Source: a virus
Taxonomy: Duplodnaviria > Heunggongvirae > Uroviricota > Caudoviricetes
Length of the DNA stretch: 37,863 nt
IMG/VR virus record: IMGVR_UViG_2684622552_000004
Coordinates: 1-37,863 of that record
Reading direction: 5' to 3' (one strand)
Shown here: one piece after another, positions 1 through 10,036 of the stretch
How the letters are laid out: every line of letters begins with the position of its first letter
How positions within the stretch are numbered: the stretch's first letter is position 1
Position numbers and translations under genes: made by a program
The notes under the pieces: generated by a model
The model's input: the letters and a program-made list of their open reading frames with translations, nothing else
Told to the model about the DNA's origin: nothing
The model's database searches: none

Positions 1-1512
1 ATGATGTTAAATAATAAAAAACACTATTCAACATATATTTTGATATCAGTACTTATTATTATGTTACTGATAAGGGAGTTTTGGTTTGCTAGCAGACAGG
101 GACTACATATCGATGAGTCTCTGTCTTTTATCCTATCCGCCTATAAAGATTATGGATGGACAAAGGTTTTTGGTTCTCTAACAGAGATAACTGGTAGCCA
201 GGTACGGCAGTTGATATGGTTCAGTGACGATTCTATAAAAGGAATGCTTCGCGATGTATATCATTTGTGGCAAGATAACAGAGACACCCCTCATAGCAAT
301 CTATATTATTCATTATTAAGAATGTGGTTCACTGGGATAAATCCAGAAGGCAACACTTCATTTATAACAAACTGGGCATTTAAGCTTAACCAGTTATTTT
401 TCGTTGTTTCTTTTGTTGCCATATACGGCATAGCGAATAGGTTATTCAACAGTAAACAAATAGCAATATTGGTAGTTTTTGTTTCATTCATTAATACAGC
501 ATCTATATCAAACAGCATTTTTCTTAGACCATATCAAATGCAAGAAGCGCTTGTAGCGATATATACGCTTACCAGCCTAATTTTAATTAGAGAAAAATTA
601 TCATTGCGCTTATTGGTTATCCATTCAATTTCAACATCACTTGCAATGTTGAGCGGCTATTTTGCTCTATTTTATGTTGCAATGATTTCTGTTTTCTTAT
701 TTCCCTATTTAATTATAAAGTATAAAAATAATTTAAAAAACGCCATCTCATTTGCAGTAAAATACATCGCACTAACCTCGATTATTTCTTACGCGGTATA
801 TCCAAAATATTTTTTCGTTGATGGGAACAGGCAAGGAGAGGCATTAGATAAGCTTGGTAGTTTTAGCGACAACCTAGTTAATTCAGTAAAATCATTGTCT
901 ATGATTAATGACTTCTTTCCTATCGGGGTGTTAATCGCGCTAACAGTCATAGCGGTGTCATTGTTTTTTATTGTTAAGAATAAAAACATAATGAGTGAAA
1001 CTAATTACTTTGTATTTATTCTTGCATCAACCGTTATGATGTGGGTGATAATCGTGCAATTATTATCCCCATATAAGAACCTTGCTAGATATATATACCC
1101 ATCACTGCCTATGTTTGGTTTGTTTTACGGATATATAGTATTCAGCATATATAACAATTATAAATCAGTAAAGGCATTACCCATCATTGCATCAGTAGTT
1201 ATATTGATATCATCTACGTATTTATATTTTAATGGTGAAAAGGTCGATTATATTAATAAAAATAGAGAAAAAGATTGCGCCATTATTCCTGAACATAGTG
1301 TCATAATAGCAAAATCACCATGGAAAATGGGATACATTGCAACCTGCCTTAATTCAGAGGAAAAGTACGGAATGACTAATAATTTTGACTATAACATTTT
1401 CAAATCAAAAGGGTATACCACTATAATAAGCGACCAAGATATAACCAGCGAAAACGTTAAATTAGTTAATGGAAATGTCATGGTCTACTTCAAAAAATAC
1501 AGCATGAATTGA
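1..1512 (+). CDS. Polytopic membrane protein, putative O-antigen-modifying glycosyltransferase (GtrC-like serotype conversion)
   Basis: 503-aa ORF with many hydrophobic helices, visibly AT-rich versus the rest of the window. Convergent with the tailspike gene, the position GtrC occupies in P22-like prophages. Assignment is positional; no motif was verified. Confidence 0.4.
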   Translation: MMLNNKKHYSTYILISVLIIMLLIREFWFASRQGLHIDESLSFILSAYKDYGWTKVFGSLTEITGSQVRQLIWFSDDSIKGMLRDVYHLWQDNRDTPHSNLYYSLLRMWFTGINPEGNTSFITNWAFKLNQLFFVVSFVAIYGIANRLFNSKQIAILVVFVSFINTASISNSIFLRPYQMQEALVAIYTLTSLILIREKLSLRLLVIHSISTSLAMLSGYFALFYVAMISVFLFPYLIIKYKNNLKNAISFAVKYIALTSIISYAVYPKYFFVDGNRQGEALDKLGSFSDNLVNSVKSLSMINDFFPIGVLIALTVIAVSLFFIVKNKNIMSETNYFVFILASTVMMWVIIVQLLSPYKNLARYIYPSLPMFGLFYGYIVFSIYNNYKSVKALPIIASVVILISSTYLYFNGEKVDYINKNREKDCAIIPEHSVIIAKSPWKMGYIATCLNSEEKYGMTNNFDYNIFKSKGYTTIISDQDITSENVKLVNGNVMVYFKKYSMN

Positions 1513-1519
1513 TTAACAC

Positions 1520-1548
1520 GGCCCCATTATAGATGGGGCCACTTTTAG
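1520..1548. terminator. Bidirectional hairpin terminator between convergent genes
   Basis: Perfect 8-bp inverted repeat GGCCCCAT / ATGGGGCC with 5-nt loop, followed by CTTTT, in the 32-bp gap between the membrane-protein gene and the tailspike gene. Confidence 0.5.
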
Positions 1549-3980
1549 ATATTAGATGTTTGAATTATATCTGTATTCGCTTTATTGGAGGAAGGGTAAT
1601 TACAAGTAAATGTTGAATTCAATGTCGCATTTTCTCCAAACCATAGCTTATTTGTTGTACTAACAGAACCAGAGACAGATCCAGATATTTCCAATCCATT
1701 TATAGCATCTCTGAATGTATTTTTAACGCATCTAATGGTTTGATAATGAGATAACCATGACTGCCCTCCAGTATCCCTAAACAAACATGATGCTGCTGGT
1801 ACGCCAGGAGTTGATGAACTAATAAAATTACCTATCATTTCAAGGTAATTATATGGTCCAGTTAATGCAGTACCTGCAGGAAGGCTAGCAATGATATTGC
1901 CACCATTAAGGATGTTATTGTTTACCCTCATTATCTTTGGTGTATATCCTGACGGACTTATATCCAGTAAATATGAGTTATTCACACCAAAGTCATTATC
2001 ATTAATTTCAACCACACAGGAGCTTGAACATTTTATATTAAATCTTGTATAAGTCCCTTCAAATTTATTGCGATTTAACCTCACATAATTAAACCCATTG
2101 CCTAAGTTAGAATACATGCTACCGAAGAAGCGAGTTCCTGGTATTGCGTTATTCCATATGAATTTATTGGAATTGATATCCAGAGATGTTGAATAACTCC
2201 CGAAAGAAAATGAACAGTTCCTGAATTCATTCCCTTGAATTAATACTTTTTCAAAATTACTTACATGTAGATTGGCTGTTGAGGTTACTAAAAGCCTGCC
2301 CATGATATTGTTTGTTAGGCGCAGTGATGAGTTTGATATTTCTGGCTGGTCAACACCAATAATCATTCCATCACCAGTTATGTTTATTGTGTTATTATCA
2401 ATCCTCCAATCAGAGTTAGTTATATGAGTATAAATAGTCATAAAAGTAGGGGCTTGGAAAACATTATTCTCAATATTAACATTATAGGATGTCATCAAAT
2501 AATCGTTACTTCCAGAAGCACCCAATAAAAATATTCTATCCTTAGATAAAACAGTATTTCCGCTAATAGTTATAGCTCTTAACCAGTTAGTGTTAAACCA
2601 TTCCGTTCCTTTATTGTTGCTGATCATCATCCACATTCCATCACATGTTGCTGTGTTTCCTGTTACTGTGATCTGCCCCCATGGCTGAACCTGAGCAGCA
2701 CCAGTTCCGCCACCCGTATCAAATGCCATACAATAATCAATGATATCAAATGTATTGCCAGTAACTGTATATCTGTTAAAACCGAATCTACCTTTAACCG
2801 CTCCATTTCCGCGAGTATTTATTCTATTCCTGAAGGTATTACCTGTTACAGTAATATCACCAACCAGAATTCCATTACCCTGATCTGTAAATGCTGCTCC
2901 TGCGGTATAAACCGCATGGTCATACCATCCAAGAAATGAGCAACTAGACACTCGAAGGTTTCTGGCATTCCCTACAACACAACCACCAGGTGCGTCTTTA
3001 AAAACCATATCAAAAACGACCAGTCCTGACGTTTTTTTGTCATGGTTATAATATGTCTCTCCAGCAACTGGGATGTTACCATCAGGACCATGTATATAAG
3101 GAGATGTACCACCTGGTTCGATATCACCATAATAAGTTTGGTCTGGAATTCCTGTAGTGCTGCTGGTTCCCGATGCAGCAACTTCAATTGAACGTGCATT
3201 ACCATCAATTTGTAACCCATGCACCGACTGAGCACCTACAGCACCACTCAGGAATCGGAATAATTTACGGGTATCTCTTGCCGGATCAATCTCGGTCGTA
3301 GAACCTTCAACAAAGTATGTGCGATACCGGCGAGTAATAGTTGCTGAACCATCGCCCCATACTGAACGAACATATGACCATACATTAACAGCCGTATCAA
3401 AACAGTATATTCCAGTTGGGAAGTATACGGAGCATTTAAGATTATGCGCCTCATCCATGACCATCTGAACTTTAGGCTGATGGTTTATTGAAAGGTCACC
3501 AGATGCCAAAGCAGCCAGCTCTGCTTCGTTCATATATTTTGTAGCCAGAATACTTGGTGTCTTCTCTACATATTCATCAAGTGTTCCATATCGGGTGTTT
3601 ACAAGAGAACCATTGCCATTAGCTAATTCAAGGCGCAACTGGTCAGGATCGTATTTCAGTACATTAGGATAATAGAACTGCTGTGCCCCGTACGCATCAT
3701 AAACAGCCATAGAATGGCCTTTCACAGTTACGAACTTGGCAATCTGCCCGTTATATACAGGATATCCAGCAGCGTTAATGATGATTGGTTGCGAAACAGG
3801 AACGTGAGAACCATCTTCGTTCTCTATATAAACCTGAATCTGGTTTTCAGGATTTACCGGGTCAGTGTCAATTTTTCCGATATAAATTTTTCCATTGGCT
3901 ACGGCTTTAAAAGAACGCGCCATAGTGAAGAGTTGCGAAGGCATACTCACTACAACATTGGCATTTATTGAATCTGTCAT
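1545..3980 (-). CDS. Tailspike protein: P22 gp9-type N-terminal head-binding domain plus divergent beta-helix receptor-binding domain
   Basis: N-terminus [12 protein letters not shown]...[12 protein letters not shown]...DTDPVNP...[10 protein letters not shown]...VLKYDPDQ closely resembles the P22 tailspike head-binding domain. The rest has repeated VTGNTF / ISGNT / IDNNT rungs typical of parallel beta-helix O-antigen depolymerases. Start moved to internal ATG at 3980 (MTD...); the ORF track extends 15 codons upstream. Confidence 0.9.
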   Translation of the reverse strand: MTDSINANVVVSMPSQLFTMARSFKAVANGKIYIGKIDTDPVNPENQIQVYIENEDGSHVPVSQPIIINAAGYPVYNGQIAKFVTVKGHSMAVYDAYGAQQFYYPNVLKYDPDQLRLELANGNGSLVNTRYGTLDEYVEKTPSILATKYMNEAELAALASGDLSINHQPKVQMVMDEAHNLKCSVYFPTGIYCFDTAVNVWSYVRSVWGDGSATITRRYRTYFVEGSTTEIDPARDTRKLFRFLSGAVGAQSVHGLQIDGNARSIEVAASGTSSTTGIPDQTYYGDIEPGGTSPYIHGPDGNIPVAGETYYNHDKKTSGLVVFDMVFKDAPGGCVVGNARNLRVSSCSFLGWYDHAVYTAGAAFTDQGNGILVGDITVTGNTFRNRINTRGNGAVKGRFGFNRYTVTGNTFDIIDYCMAFDTGGGTGAAQVQPWGQITVTGNTATCDGMWMMISNNKGTEWFNTNWLRAITISGNTVLSKDRIFLLGASGSNDYLMTSYNVNIENNVFQAPTFMTIYTHITNSDWRIDNNTINITGDGMIIGVDQPEISNSSLRLTNNIMGRLLVTSTANLHVSNFEKVLIQGNEFRNCSFSFGSYSTSLDINSNKFIWNNAIPGTRFFGSMYSNLGNGFNYVRLNRNKFEGTYTRFNIKCSSSCVVEINDNDFGVNNSYLLDISPSGYTPKIMRVNNNILNGGNIIASLPAGTALTGPYNYLEMIGNFISSSTPGVPAASCLFRDTGGQSWLSHYQTIRCVKNTFRDAINGLEISGSVSGSVSTTNKLWFGENATLNSTFTCNYPSSNKANTDIIQTSNI

Positions 3981-4067
3981 TTTAATTTCTCTATATGTTA
4001 AGCCAGCAATATTCATTGCTAGCATGTTTTTTGTATAATGAGTGCACTTTATTTAAAGGTGGTTAAC

Positions 4068-4577
4068 ATGAACTGGAACGAAGTATTCGTATTAAAAGAC
4101 GATGGACTCCTGTACTGGAGTGACCAATATCTTTCAAGACCCAAAATGTTCAATATCTCTAAAGAAAAGCCTGCAGGACATATATTCAAGGACAAGAACA
4201 GGAAAACCTCTTATATAATTATTAGGTATCAAGATAAAATATACGCCGCCCACAGGATAATATGGGAAATGTGTTATGGTGAAATCCCTTCCGGAATGCA
4301 AATTGACCATAAAGATGGTAATGGGTTAAATAATTCAATAGACAACCTGCGTCTAGTTAGTCTCGGTGAAAACCTAAAAAACAAATCTAAATACACAAAC
4401 AATACATCTGGGTGCGCAGGGGTTTCATGGCATAAGACCCATAAAAAGTGGGTGGCATATATTAGCGACGCAGGGAAGCGCATTAATCTCGGATACTTTA
4501 AGAGTCTCGATGATGCAATTGCTGTAAGGCGTGAGGCTGAAAAGACCTATGGTTATCATGAGAATCATGGTAGGTAA
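4068..4577 (+). CDS. HNH homing endonuclease with C-terminal AP2-like DNA-binding domain
   Basis: Motif IDHKDGNGLNNSIDNLRLVSLGENLKNKS (HNH His-Asn-Asn) followed by AP2-like segment SGCAGVSWHK...WVAYI...GKRINLGYF. SD AAAGGTGG 6 nt before the ATG at 4068. AT-rich, opposite strand to flanking virion genes. Confidence 0.8.
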   Translation: MNWNEVFVLKDDGLLYWSDQYLSRPKMFNISKEKPAGHIFKDKNRKTSYIIIRYQDKIYAAHRIIWEMCYGEIPSGMQIDHKDGNGLNNSIDNLRLVSLGENLKNKSKYTNNTSGCAGVSWHKTHKKWVAYISDAGKRINLGYFKSLDDAIAVRREAEKTYGYHENHGR

Positions 4578-4751
4578 TGTCTGTCATTTAATTTGCTCCA
4601 GACGTAGCAATGCGGAACAAGATGCAACTTGCCCGGCATTGCACTAATGTCAGTTATGATCTGTTAATTATGAGATGAGTCTATGCAAAGAGATCTGTTG
4701 AATATTGCGTTCTACATATTTGGTTTTTGCGCGTTCCTGGTGTTTGCGAAA

Positions 4752-6749
4752 CTATTCTGACAACGCATCAGACTTAGCGCCTTGGGTCAGCGCGTTAATG
4801 GCCTTTTGCGCCTGCTGCATGGCTTTCTCAAACGCTGTTGATCCGCGTGGGGTGTTTGCCATTCGGAGCATTGCATTTCTGAATGGCTCGCTCTCATAGG
4901 CGCGAGTAAGAAGTCCGTAGCTTACTGCTGCGCCAGTTGTTGCAGGGTTCATTGCCGTCCCATACCCGATAATGAACGGGATGGTTTGCTGGCCTGTGGG
5001 TGTTGTTACAGCCGCTTTTGCAGCCTGCTGCGTGGATTGAAGGTAGTTTTTCAATCCTTTCAGATAAGCGGCTTCCTGACCTTGAAATGTGATTCCAGTC
5101 TGGTTTTGCAGGATGTTAAGCTGTCGAAGGAACTGGTCAGGGGATCCGCCAGATTTCTCCATCGCCTTTCCAATGATGCCATTGCGCATTTGCGCCCTGC
5201 CAACACGACCAACTGAGTTATACAGAGTCTTAATTTCCGATTTGTTCTTGCTGAATAGCATGTTGTTGACAACTTCCGGCGTCAGGTCGCCTTTCATGAG
5301 AACATTCTTCAGCCTGGTATTTTTTAGTTTCTCCGCTTCGTCAGCGTAGACGGCATTGGCCTGCTGATATTTACGGAGAGTATCGTTGCCAAGATTCTGA
5401 CCAATGGCACCATTGATATCTTCGGTCATCGCCTTGTAAACTCGCTGAATGGCGGCATCGGAACGGTTTGGTAACACTGGTCGCTCCCCCTTCACGTCCA
5501 TTCTGAACTGGCTGCGCAGGTCGCTTAATTGCTTCAAATCCAGATTTACCGGACCATCAGGGCCAGCATTGCGAACAAGCTCATCACGATATGACTGAAG
5601 TTTTGAAATAGTCTCGTTATCAGCAACCTTACCAAGCTTCTGCAGGTTAGATATCTCAGTATCTATCTGCTGAATTGCTCGTGCAGGCTGAATGTTGACT
5701 CCTGCCATTGCATTCTGAACCTGCTCAAGACGGTTCCCAGCAGCACGACGAATTCCTGATGTTTTCGCTTTAAGGCTGTCAATAACAACCGCTGGATCAT
5801 ACTCACCGAATTTATCAGCAAATCTCTGAACCAACTGACTTCTCGCTTCCTGTTGCGTTGCTCTCATTCCGCTTGTGCCAGCCAGGGGGATATTTTCTGC
5901 TGTCGTTTGCGCCATTTTTCCGACGCGGGAAGTAGGCTGTAACAGGTCTGTGGTGTGCAGAGGCACTCCTTCACGCTCTGCAAATCTGATAGCTTGCTGC
6001 GCTTCTGGTGCAATAGCACCACGAACGCCACGATAAGCAGCGCCTAATCCACGTCCGGCAGCGTTAATAGTGCCGCCAGCCAGAACGCCAACGCCTAAAT
6101 CGGTAGCGAGTGCTTCCGCATCATCTTTCGCACTATTTGCAGCAAGTGACCCGACTGCGTTTTCAGCGATAAGGCGAGTTGCACCCTGAGCGATTCTACC
6201 AGCGAGTGTTGGTGCCTGTGTTGCCGCTCTCTCAATGCCAGCAGGAGTGAGGTAAGGCAATGCTTCAGCAAATACCCTTCCCTCTGTCGTTTGTGGAGTC
6301 AGCGCGCCTTGCTGAAGGCCAAAGTCCTGCTCTAATCCCTGCGTTGTTACTCGTGGCGCTGGTTGATATGTCCCATCGCCAATTCCGAGTTTACCGCCAG
6401 CCCAAGCCGCCGCGCTTGTTACAGCATCGGCAACTGATGCAGGTATGTTTGCCACGTTCACGCCAGCCTGCACCAGTCCGCGACCAGTCTCTTTTACTGC
6501 TTCGCCAAGATCAGACATAAATCCACTTTGCTGTGGTTGTTGCTGTGCTACTGGTTGCTGTGTCTCCACTGACTGCACAGATGGCAATGGATAGGCAGCA
6601 TAGAAAGCTTGCTTAGCCTGCTCTGCATTTTCTCCGGCTTGCGGGGCCACGACTTCATTGAAGTATTGCTCCTGAGCCTGCGCTTTTTGTTCTGGTGCTA
6701 ACGCCTGATACTGTGGAGAGGCGATAACATCTTTCCATGCTTTAGCCAT
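4752..6749 (-). CDS. DNA ejection (injection) protein, P22 gp16-like
   Basis: 665-aa ORF in the conserved position between gp20 and the tailspike; start codon overlaps the upstream stop (TAATG). Q/A-rich low-complexity N-terminus typical of ejection proteins. Confidence 0.7.
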   Translation of the reverse strand: MAKAWKDVIASPQYQALAPEQKAQAQEQYFNEVVAPQAGENAEQAKQAFYAAYPLPSVQSVETQQPVAQQQPQQSGFMSDLGEAVKETGRGLVQAGVNVANIPASVADAVTSAAAWAGGKLGIGDGTYQPAPRVTTQGLEQDFGLQQGALTPQTTEGRVFAEALPYLTPAGIERAATQAPTLAGRIAQGATRLIAENAVGSLAANSAKDDAEALATDLGVGVLAGGTINAAGRGLGAAYRGVRGAIAPEAQQAIRFAEREGVPLHTTDLLQPTSRVGKMAQTTAENIPLAGTSGMRATQQEARSQLVQRFADKFGEYDPAVVIDSLKAKTSGIRRAAGNRLEQVQNAMAGVNIQPARAIQQIDTEISNLQKLGKVADNETISKLQSYRDELVRNAGPDGPVNLDLKQLSDLRSQFRMDVKGERPVLPNRSDAAIQRVYKAMTEDINGAIGQNLGNDTLRKYQQANAVYADEAEKLKNTRLKNVLMKGDLTPEVVNNMLFSKNKSEIKTLYNSVGRVGRAQMRNGIIGKAMEKSGGSPDQFLRQLNILQNQTGITFQGQEAAYLKGLKNYLQSTQQAAKAAVTTPTGQQTIPFIIGYGTAMNPATTGAAVSYGLLTRAYESEPFRNAMLRMANTPRGSTAFEKAMQQAQKAINALTQGAKSDALSE

Positions 6750-8050
6750 TAATCACCCCATAGTGAAGAAAAGTTACTGCCAGCATGAGTTTGTTGCCCT
6801 GGCATATTCTGCACCGGCTCCTGATAATCAAACTGTTTTTTAACAGTGCTCAACTTGCTTTCAAGCTGATTTCGAATCTTTCCGATAGAGTCACGAAAAG
6901 CCTTTTCACTCATTTTTGGGCTTAGGGCACCAACCGCATCGGATAATTTTTTACCCTCAGCATCTGAAAGAGCGCCCATACCCTTCAGGGACTGCACCAT
7001 AGGAAGGAATGTTTGAGCTTTAAAGGTGTCGAGCCTTGCTTCAAAGTTAGCCGCATCAGAGCCAGGAACTGTCGGAAACGCTGAGCGAATTCCTACTGCT
7101 TTTGAAAGGCCGGGGCTTTGCTCTATCTCGTTGAGAGAATCAAGCGCGGTGCTGAACGTATCAACTGCACCCTGAGCGGCGGCCTGCCTGTCAGCGCGGG
7201 CTATGTCAGCCTTTTGCCGAACATCTGCCTGTTTCTGTTTTAGCTCTTCAAGCTTTAACTGATTGCTTTCTCTGGCTATCTGTCTGTCCAGAGCCTTTTC
7301 TTGTAATTCTGCTCTTTGTATTTCTCGGGAAAGAGCAGCATTCTGTGCGCTGATGTTCTGTCCACGTATCTGGATGTCCTGACCTCGAGCTGTTAGTGCT
7401 TCTCCGGCCTGATTGCTGCGGATTGTCTCTGCCAGTCTGCCTCGGTCAATCTCACGACCAGCCATCTTGTCCTGAACATTGAAGTAATCAATCGGACCAA
7501 GCGCAGCCATCCCAAGGTGATCAACAAACTCACCAAATCCTGAAGGATTCTGCTGATACATCTGAGCAACGTTGTTAGGGTCAACACCGACGCGCGCCAG
7601 TTCCTTGGCGTTGTTTTGCAGCCATGATTGCATTGCTTCTGGAGACGAGGCCGCAAGGCGTGCGCCAGCCGCTAAGGTGCCGATAGAATTGCGCTGGTCT
7701 TCGTCTGCCCACTTCATACCAGACTGAATCTTCTCTAATTGACCAGGATATTTGGTCATCAGATCTCGAACCTGCTGTCGATCACCTGACTGGATGGCTG
7801 CCGCATATTCTTTTTGGAATGCAGCATCCGCTTCCTGTTGCTTTGCGGCTTGATATGTTTGAGCGACACTACCAAGCCCCTGCAACGCCTGAAGGCCGAT
7901 GTTATTGCGACCTGAACGCTCCATTTCGTTGTTCTGGCGAATATAGGCCAACGCCTCACTTACATCACTTGCCTTTGGCGCATTTGAGTTTTGCCCACCG
8001 ATACCAGCAAGAAAACCGCCTGAGTTGATTCCTTGTTGCCAAGTAGCCAT
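6749..8050 (-). CDS. DNA ejection protein, P22 gp20-like
   Basis: 433-aa ORF at the gp20 position of the P22 order 7-20-16; coiled-coil-rich central region. Confidence 0.7.
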   Translation of the reverse strand: MATWQQGINSGGFLAGIGGQNSNAPKASDVSEALAYIRQNNEMERSGRNNIGLQALQGLGSVAQTYQAAKQQEADAAFQKEYAAAIQSGDRQQVRDLMTKYPGQLEKIQSGMKWADEDQRNSIGTLAAGARLAASSPEAMQSWLQNNAKELARVGVDPNNVAQMYQQNPSGFGEFVDHLGMAALGPIDYFNVQDKMAGREIDRGRLAETIRSNQAGEALTARGQDIQIRGQNISAQNAALSREIQRAELQEKALDRQIARESNQLKLEELKQKQADVRQKADIARADRQAAAQGAVDTFSTALDSLNEIEQSPGLSKAVGIRSAFPTVPGSDAANFEARLDTFKAQTFLPMVQSLKGMGALSDAEGKKLSDAVGALSPKMSEKAFRDSIGKIRNQLESKLSTVKKQFDYQEPVQNMPGQQTHAGSNFSSLWGD

Positions 8051-8059
8051 ATTCCCACC

Positions 8060-8734
8060 TTAAAACAATGATCCAAGACCACCGATAACACCGCCAGCAA
8101 GAGCACCAATACCAGTCCCAATAACAGGAACTGCACTACCAATCATTGCACCTGATGCGGCCCCACCAATGGCACCTGTAGCAAAACTCTGTAGGCCTGA
8201 AGGCTTATTGGCATTTGCTGCCGCTGCCGCCGCCTGCTGTTGATACAACTGGCTGACGTTGTTAGCGTAGTTCTGCCCGGCGTTTGCCTGACCTGTAAGA
8301 GCACCAAGGCCGATATTTGCCAGATTGTTGTAGTTGTTCATCTGACCTGACAGCCAGTTTTGACCGAGTGTAGGTGCGATTGCTGCTAACTGGTTTCCTG
8401 TTGCTGTAGAGCCTAATCCACCCGTTGCCTCTGCTGCTGCCAGACTCTGATAGCGCGCCTGCCCTGCAAGGTCTTTATACTGCTGGGAGTTGTAATACTG
8501 GTTAAGCTCCTGACCTTGCCCCTGAAGAGAGGAAAGATTTTGCAACTGTGATACGTACTGCTGAGCGAGTGGCGTGAACGGTGCAAGGTTCTGCATGTTC
8601 GTTTGCCACATTTCACGCTGCAATTCGATGCCCTTTTCAGTTGCGCGTGCCTGGGCTTTTGAACCGCCATCACTGCCACCTTTGCAGTAAACAGTTTTGC
8701 TGAGGTGCTTATTGGCAATCTGGAAAATTAACAT
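8060..8734 (-). CDS. DNA ejection protein, P22 gp7-like
   Basis: 224-aa ORF with Q/N/G-rich low-complexity regions and a glycine-rich hydrophobic C-terminus; gp7 position and size (P22 gp7 about 229 aa). Confidence 0.7.
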   Translation of the reverse strand: MLIFQIANKHLSKTVYCKGGSDGGSKAQARATEKGIELQREMWQTNMQNLAPFTPLAQQYVSQLQNLSSLQGQGQELNQYYNSQQYKDLAGQARYQSLAAAEATGGLGSTATGNQLAAIAPTLGQNWLSGQMNNYNNLANIGLGALTGQANAGQNYANNVSQLYQQQAAAAAANANKPSGLQSFATGAIGGAASGAMIGSAVPVIGTGIGALAGGVIGGLGSLF

Positions 8735-9191
8735 TCTTTAGCTCCTCGTATTTTGAGCGCGGTAACTGATAAATCGTGATGCCTACAGGCTTTCCATTGC
8801 TGGTATAAGCATCATCAAGGTGACCAACACGGGTAGCGCCAAGCAAACGGATAATTGCCCGTCCGTATTTCGTGGTGTCAGGAACCATGGTGATGCTGTT
8901 AAGGAATGGTGAGTTTTCGAGAAGCCATTTGCAGAATAATCGATGCCCTTGCAGTGCATATTCACCACGGAATCCGGGGTCGTACACCGCATGGCATTCA
9001 ACAACGCTATGCCAGAAGTTACGCACTTCATGAACGCCAGCCAGCACTAATCCTTCGTAGATACCGAGATATACCGCATCAGGCTTGATGTAGTATTTGT
9101 CTCCACTGTCTACGATATTTCCCGTGTTTGCCGGGTTGTTGAGGAATTCTGCAAGCTTCACCGGATTATCGATGAGCTTTATTTCCATCAC
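8709..9191 (-). CDS. P22 gp14-like virion protein
   Basis: 160-aa ORF between tail needle and gp7, matching the size and position of P22 gene 14. Confidence 0.55.
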   Translation of the reverse strand: MMEIKLIDNPVKLAEFLNNPANTGNIVDSGDKYYIKPDAVYLGIYEGLVLAGVHEVRNFWHSVVECHAVYDPGFRGEYALQGHRLFCKWLLENSPFLNSITMVPDTTKYGRAIIRLLGATRVGHLDDAYTSNGKPVGITIYQLPRSKYEELKNVNFPDCQ

Positions 9192-10036
9192 TGCTCCGCA
9201 ATGATTTTGATGGTTGTGGCAGTAAACGCCGCACCATTTGACTGAATGGTTAACGTGCTGCCATTTGTAGCAAGAAAGCCGTCTTTATCCACGCTGAAGA
9301 ACGTAGCTAACAAGATGTTATCGGTTGTTGTCGCCGAGTTGCGACTGCTTACCAGAGTGTCAGGAACAGAGCCGGAAAATGTTAGCTGCATTGACCTGTT
9401 GGCGGTTCCGCTGGGCCACGTCCCGACAATCGACAGCTTGAAGAACAAGGTTTTGTTCTCGTTGAACACAACCATCTTGTTGTTAACGGTGTCGAAGAAT
9501 GGTGCCAACGTGCCGGATGACGGCGTGAGCGTTTTCAGCAGGCTAACAAGGTTGGTCGGCGCTGTCGGGATGGTTACAGATACGCCAGAGTAAACAACTT
9601 CTGACTTCTTGCGCGTAGTGGCATACTCAAGAGCATCGATGCGCGTTTCATGGTCTGAAAGCGTGTTTTGAATGGCGACAACTTCATCCGTCAGATAATC
9701 AATATCGTTTTCTGCTGTCGTTAATCGTGAATCAAGTCCGACTATCGCCGCTTCTGCGTTAGTAATCCTTGTTTCGTGGTCCTGAATCTTCGCTTCAGCT
9801 GATGCCAGTCGAATTTCGTGATCAACCAGAATCACATCCTGCTCATCGTTCCTGACCTGTGCATCATAAGCGCCTTGTCCGGCCTCGTTGGCCTTGTTCG
9901 CCACATTACCAACATCAGCACCCTGTGCAATAACGTAAAGCAGATACGACTGCGAGAAGATATTGCGTGGAAGGATTGATGTATCGAGCCGCGTCGCCTG
10001 AACAATAACAGGTGTATTGAGATTCGAATCCGCCAT
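9188..10036 (-). CDS. Tail needle protein (P22 gp26-like) with extended C-terminal domain
   Basis: N-terminus [39 protein letters not shown]...[19 protein letters not shown] resembles the P22 gp26 hub-binding tip; heptad coiled coil follows. 282 aa versus 233 aa in P22, with a non-coiled C-terminal domain. Confidence 0.8.
   Translation of the reverse strand: MADSNLNTPVIVQATRLDTSILPRNIFSQSYLLYVIAQGADVGNVANKANEAGQGAYDAQVRNDEQDVILVDHEIRLASAEAKIQDHETRITNAEAAIVGLDSRLTTAENDIDYLTDEVVAIQNTLSDHETRIDALEYATTRKKSEVVYSGVSVTIPTAPTNLVSLLKTLTPSSGTLAPFFDTVNNKMVVFNENKTLFFKLSIVGTWPSGTANRSMQLTFSGSVPDTLVSSRNSATTTDNILLATFFSVDKDGFLATNGSTLTIQSNGAAFTATTIKIIAEQ

Noticed and set aside
306-989. Minus-strand ORFs 306..518 and 789..989 inside the membrane-protein gene
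   Set aside because: Antisense to a 503-aa ORF; AT-rich sequence throws up chance ORFs and their products are low-complexity.
2972-3454. Short minus-strand ORFs nested in the tailspike gene (2972..3235, 3248..3454), and similar nested or antisense ORFs elsewhere in the track (for example 7393..7656, 8413..8718, 11785..12423, 13741..14115, 14835..15230, 16176..16490, 37041..37493)
   Set aside because: Each lies wholly inside, or antisense to, a long gene with clear homology and shows no RBS or recognisable product; treated as shadow ORFs.
3981-4025. N-terminal extension of the tailspike ORF ([15 protein letters not shown]...)
   Set aside because: Homology to the P22 tailspike begins at the internal [10 protein letters not shown]..., so the upstream extension is an ORF-calling artefact.
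4578-4751. Imperfect inverted repeat GCAATGCGG...CCGGCATTGC between the HNH and gp16 genes as a terminator
   Set aside because: No T-run follows on either strand and the stem is offset by one base; too weak to call.
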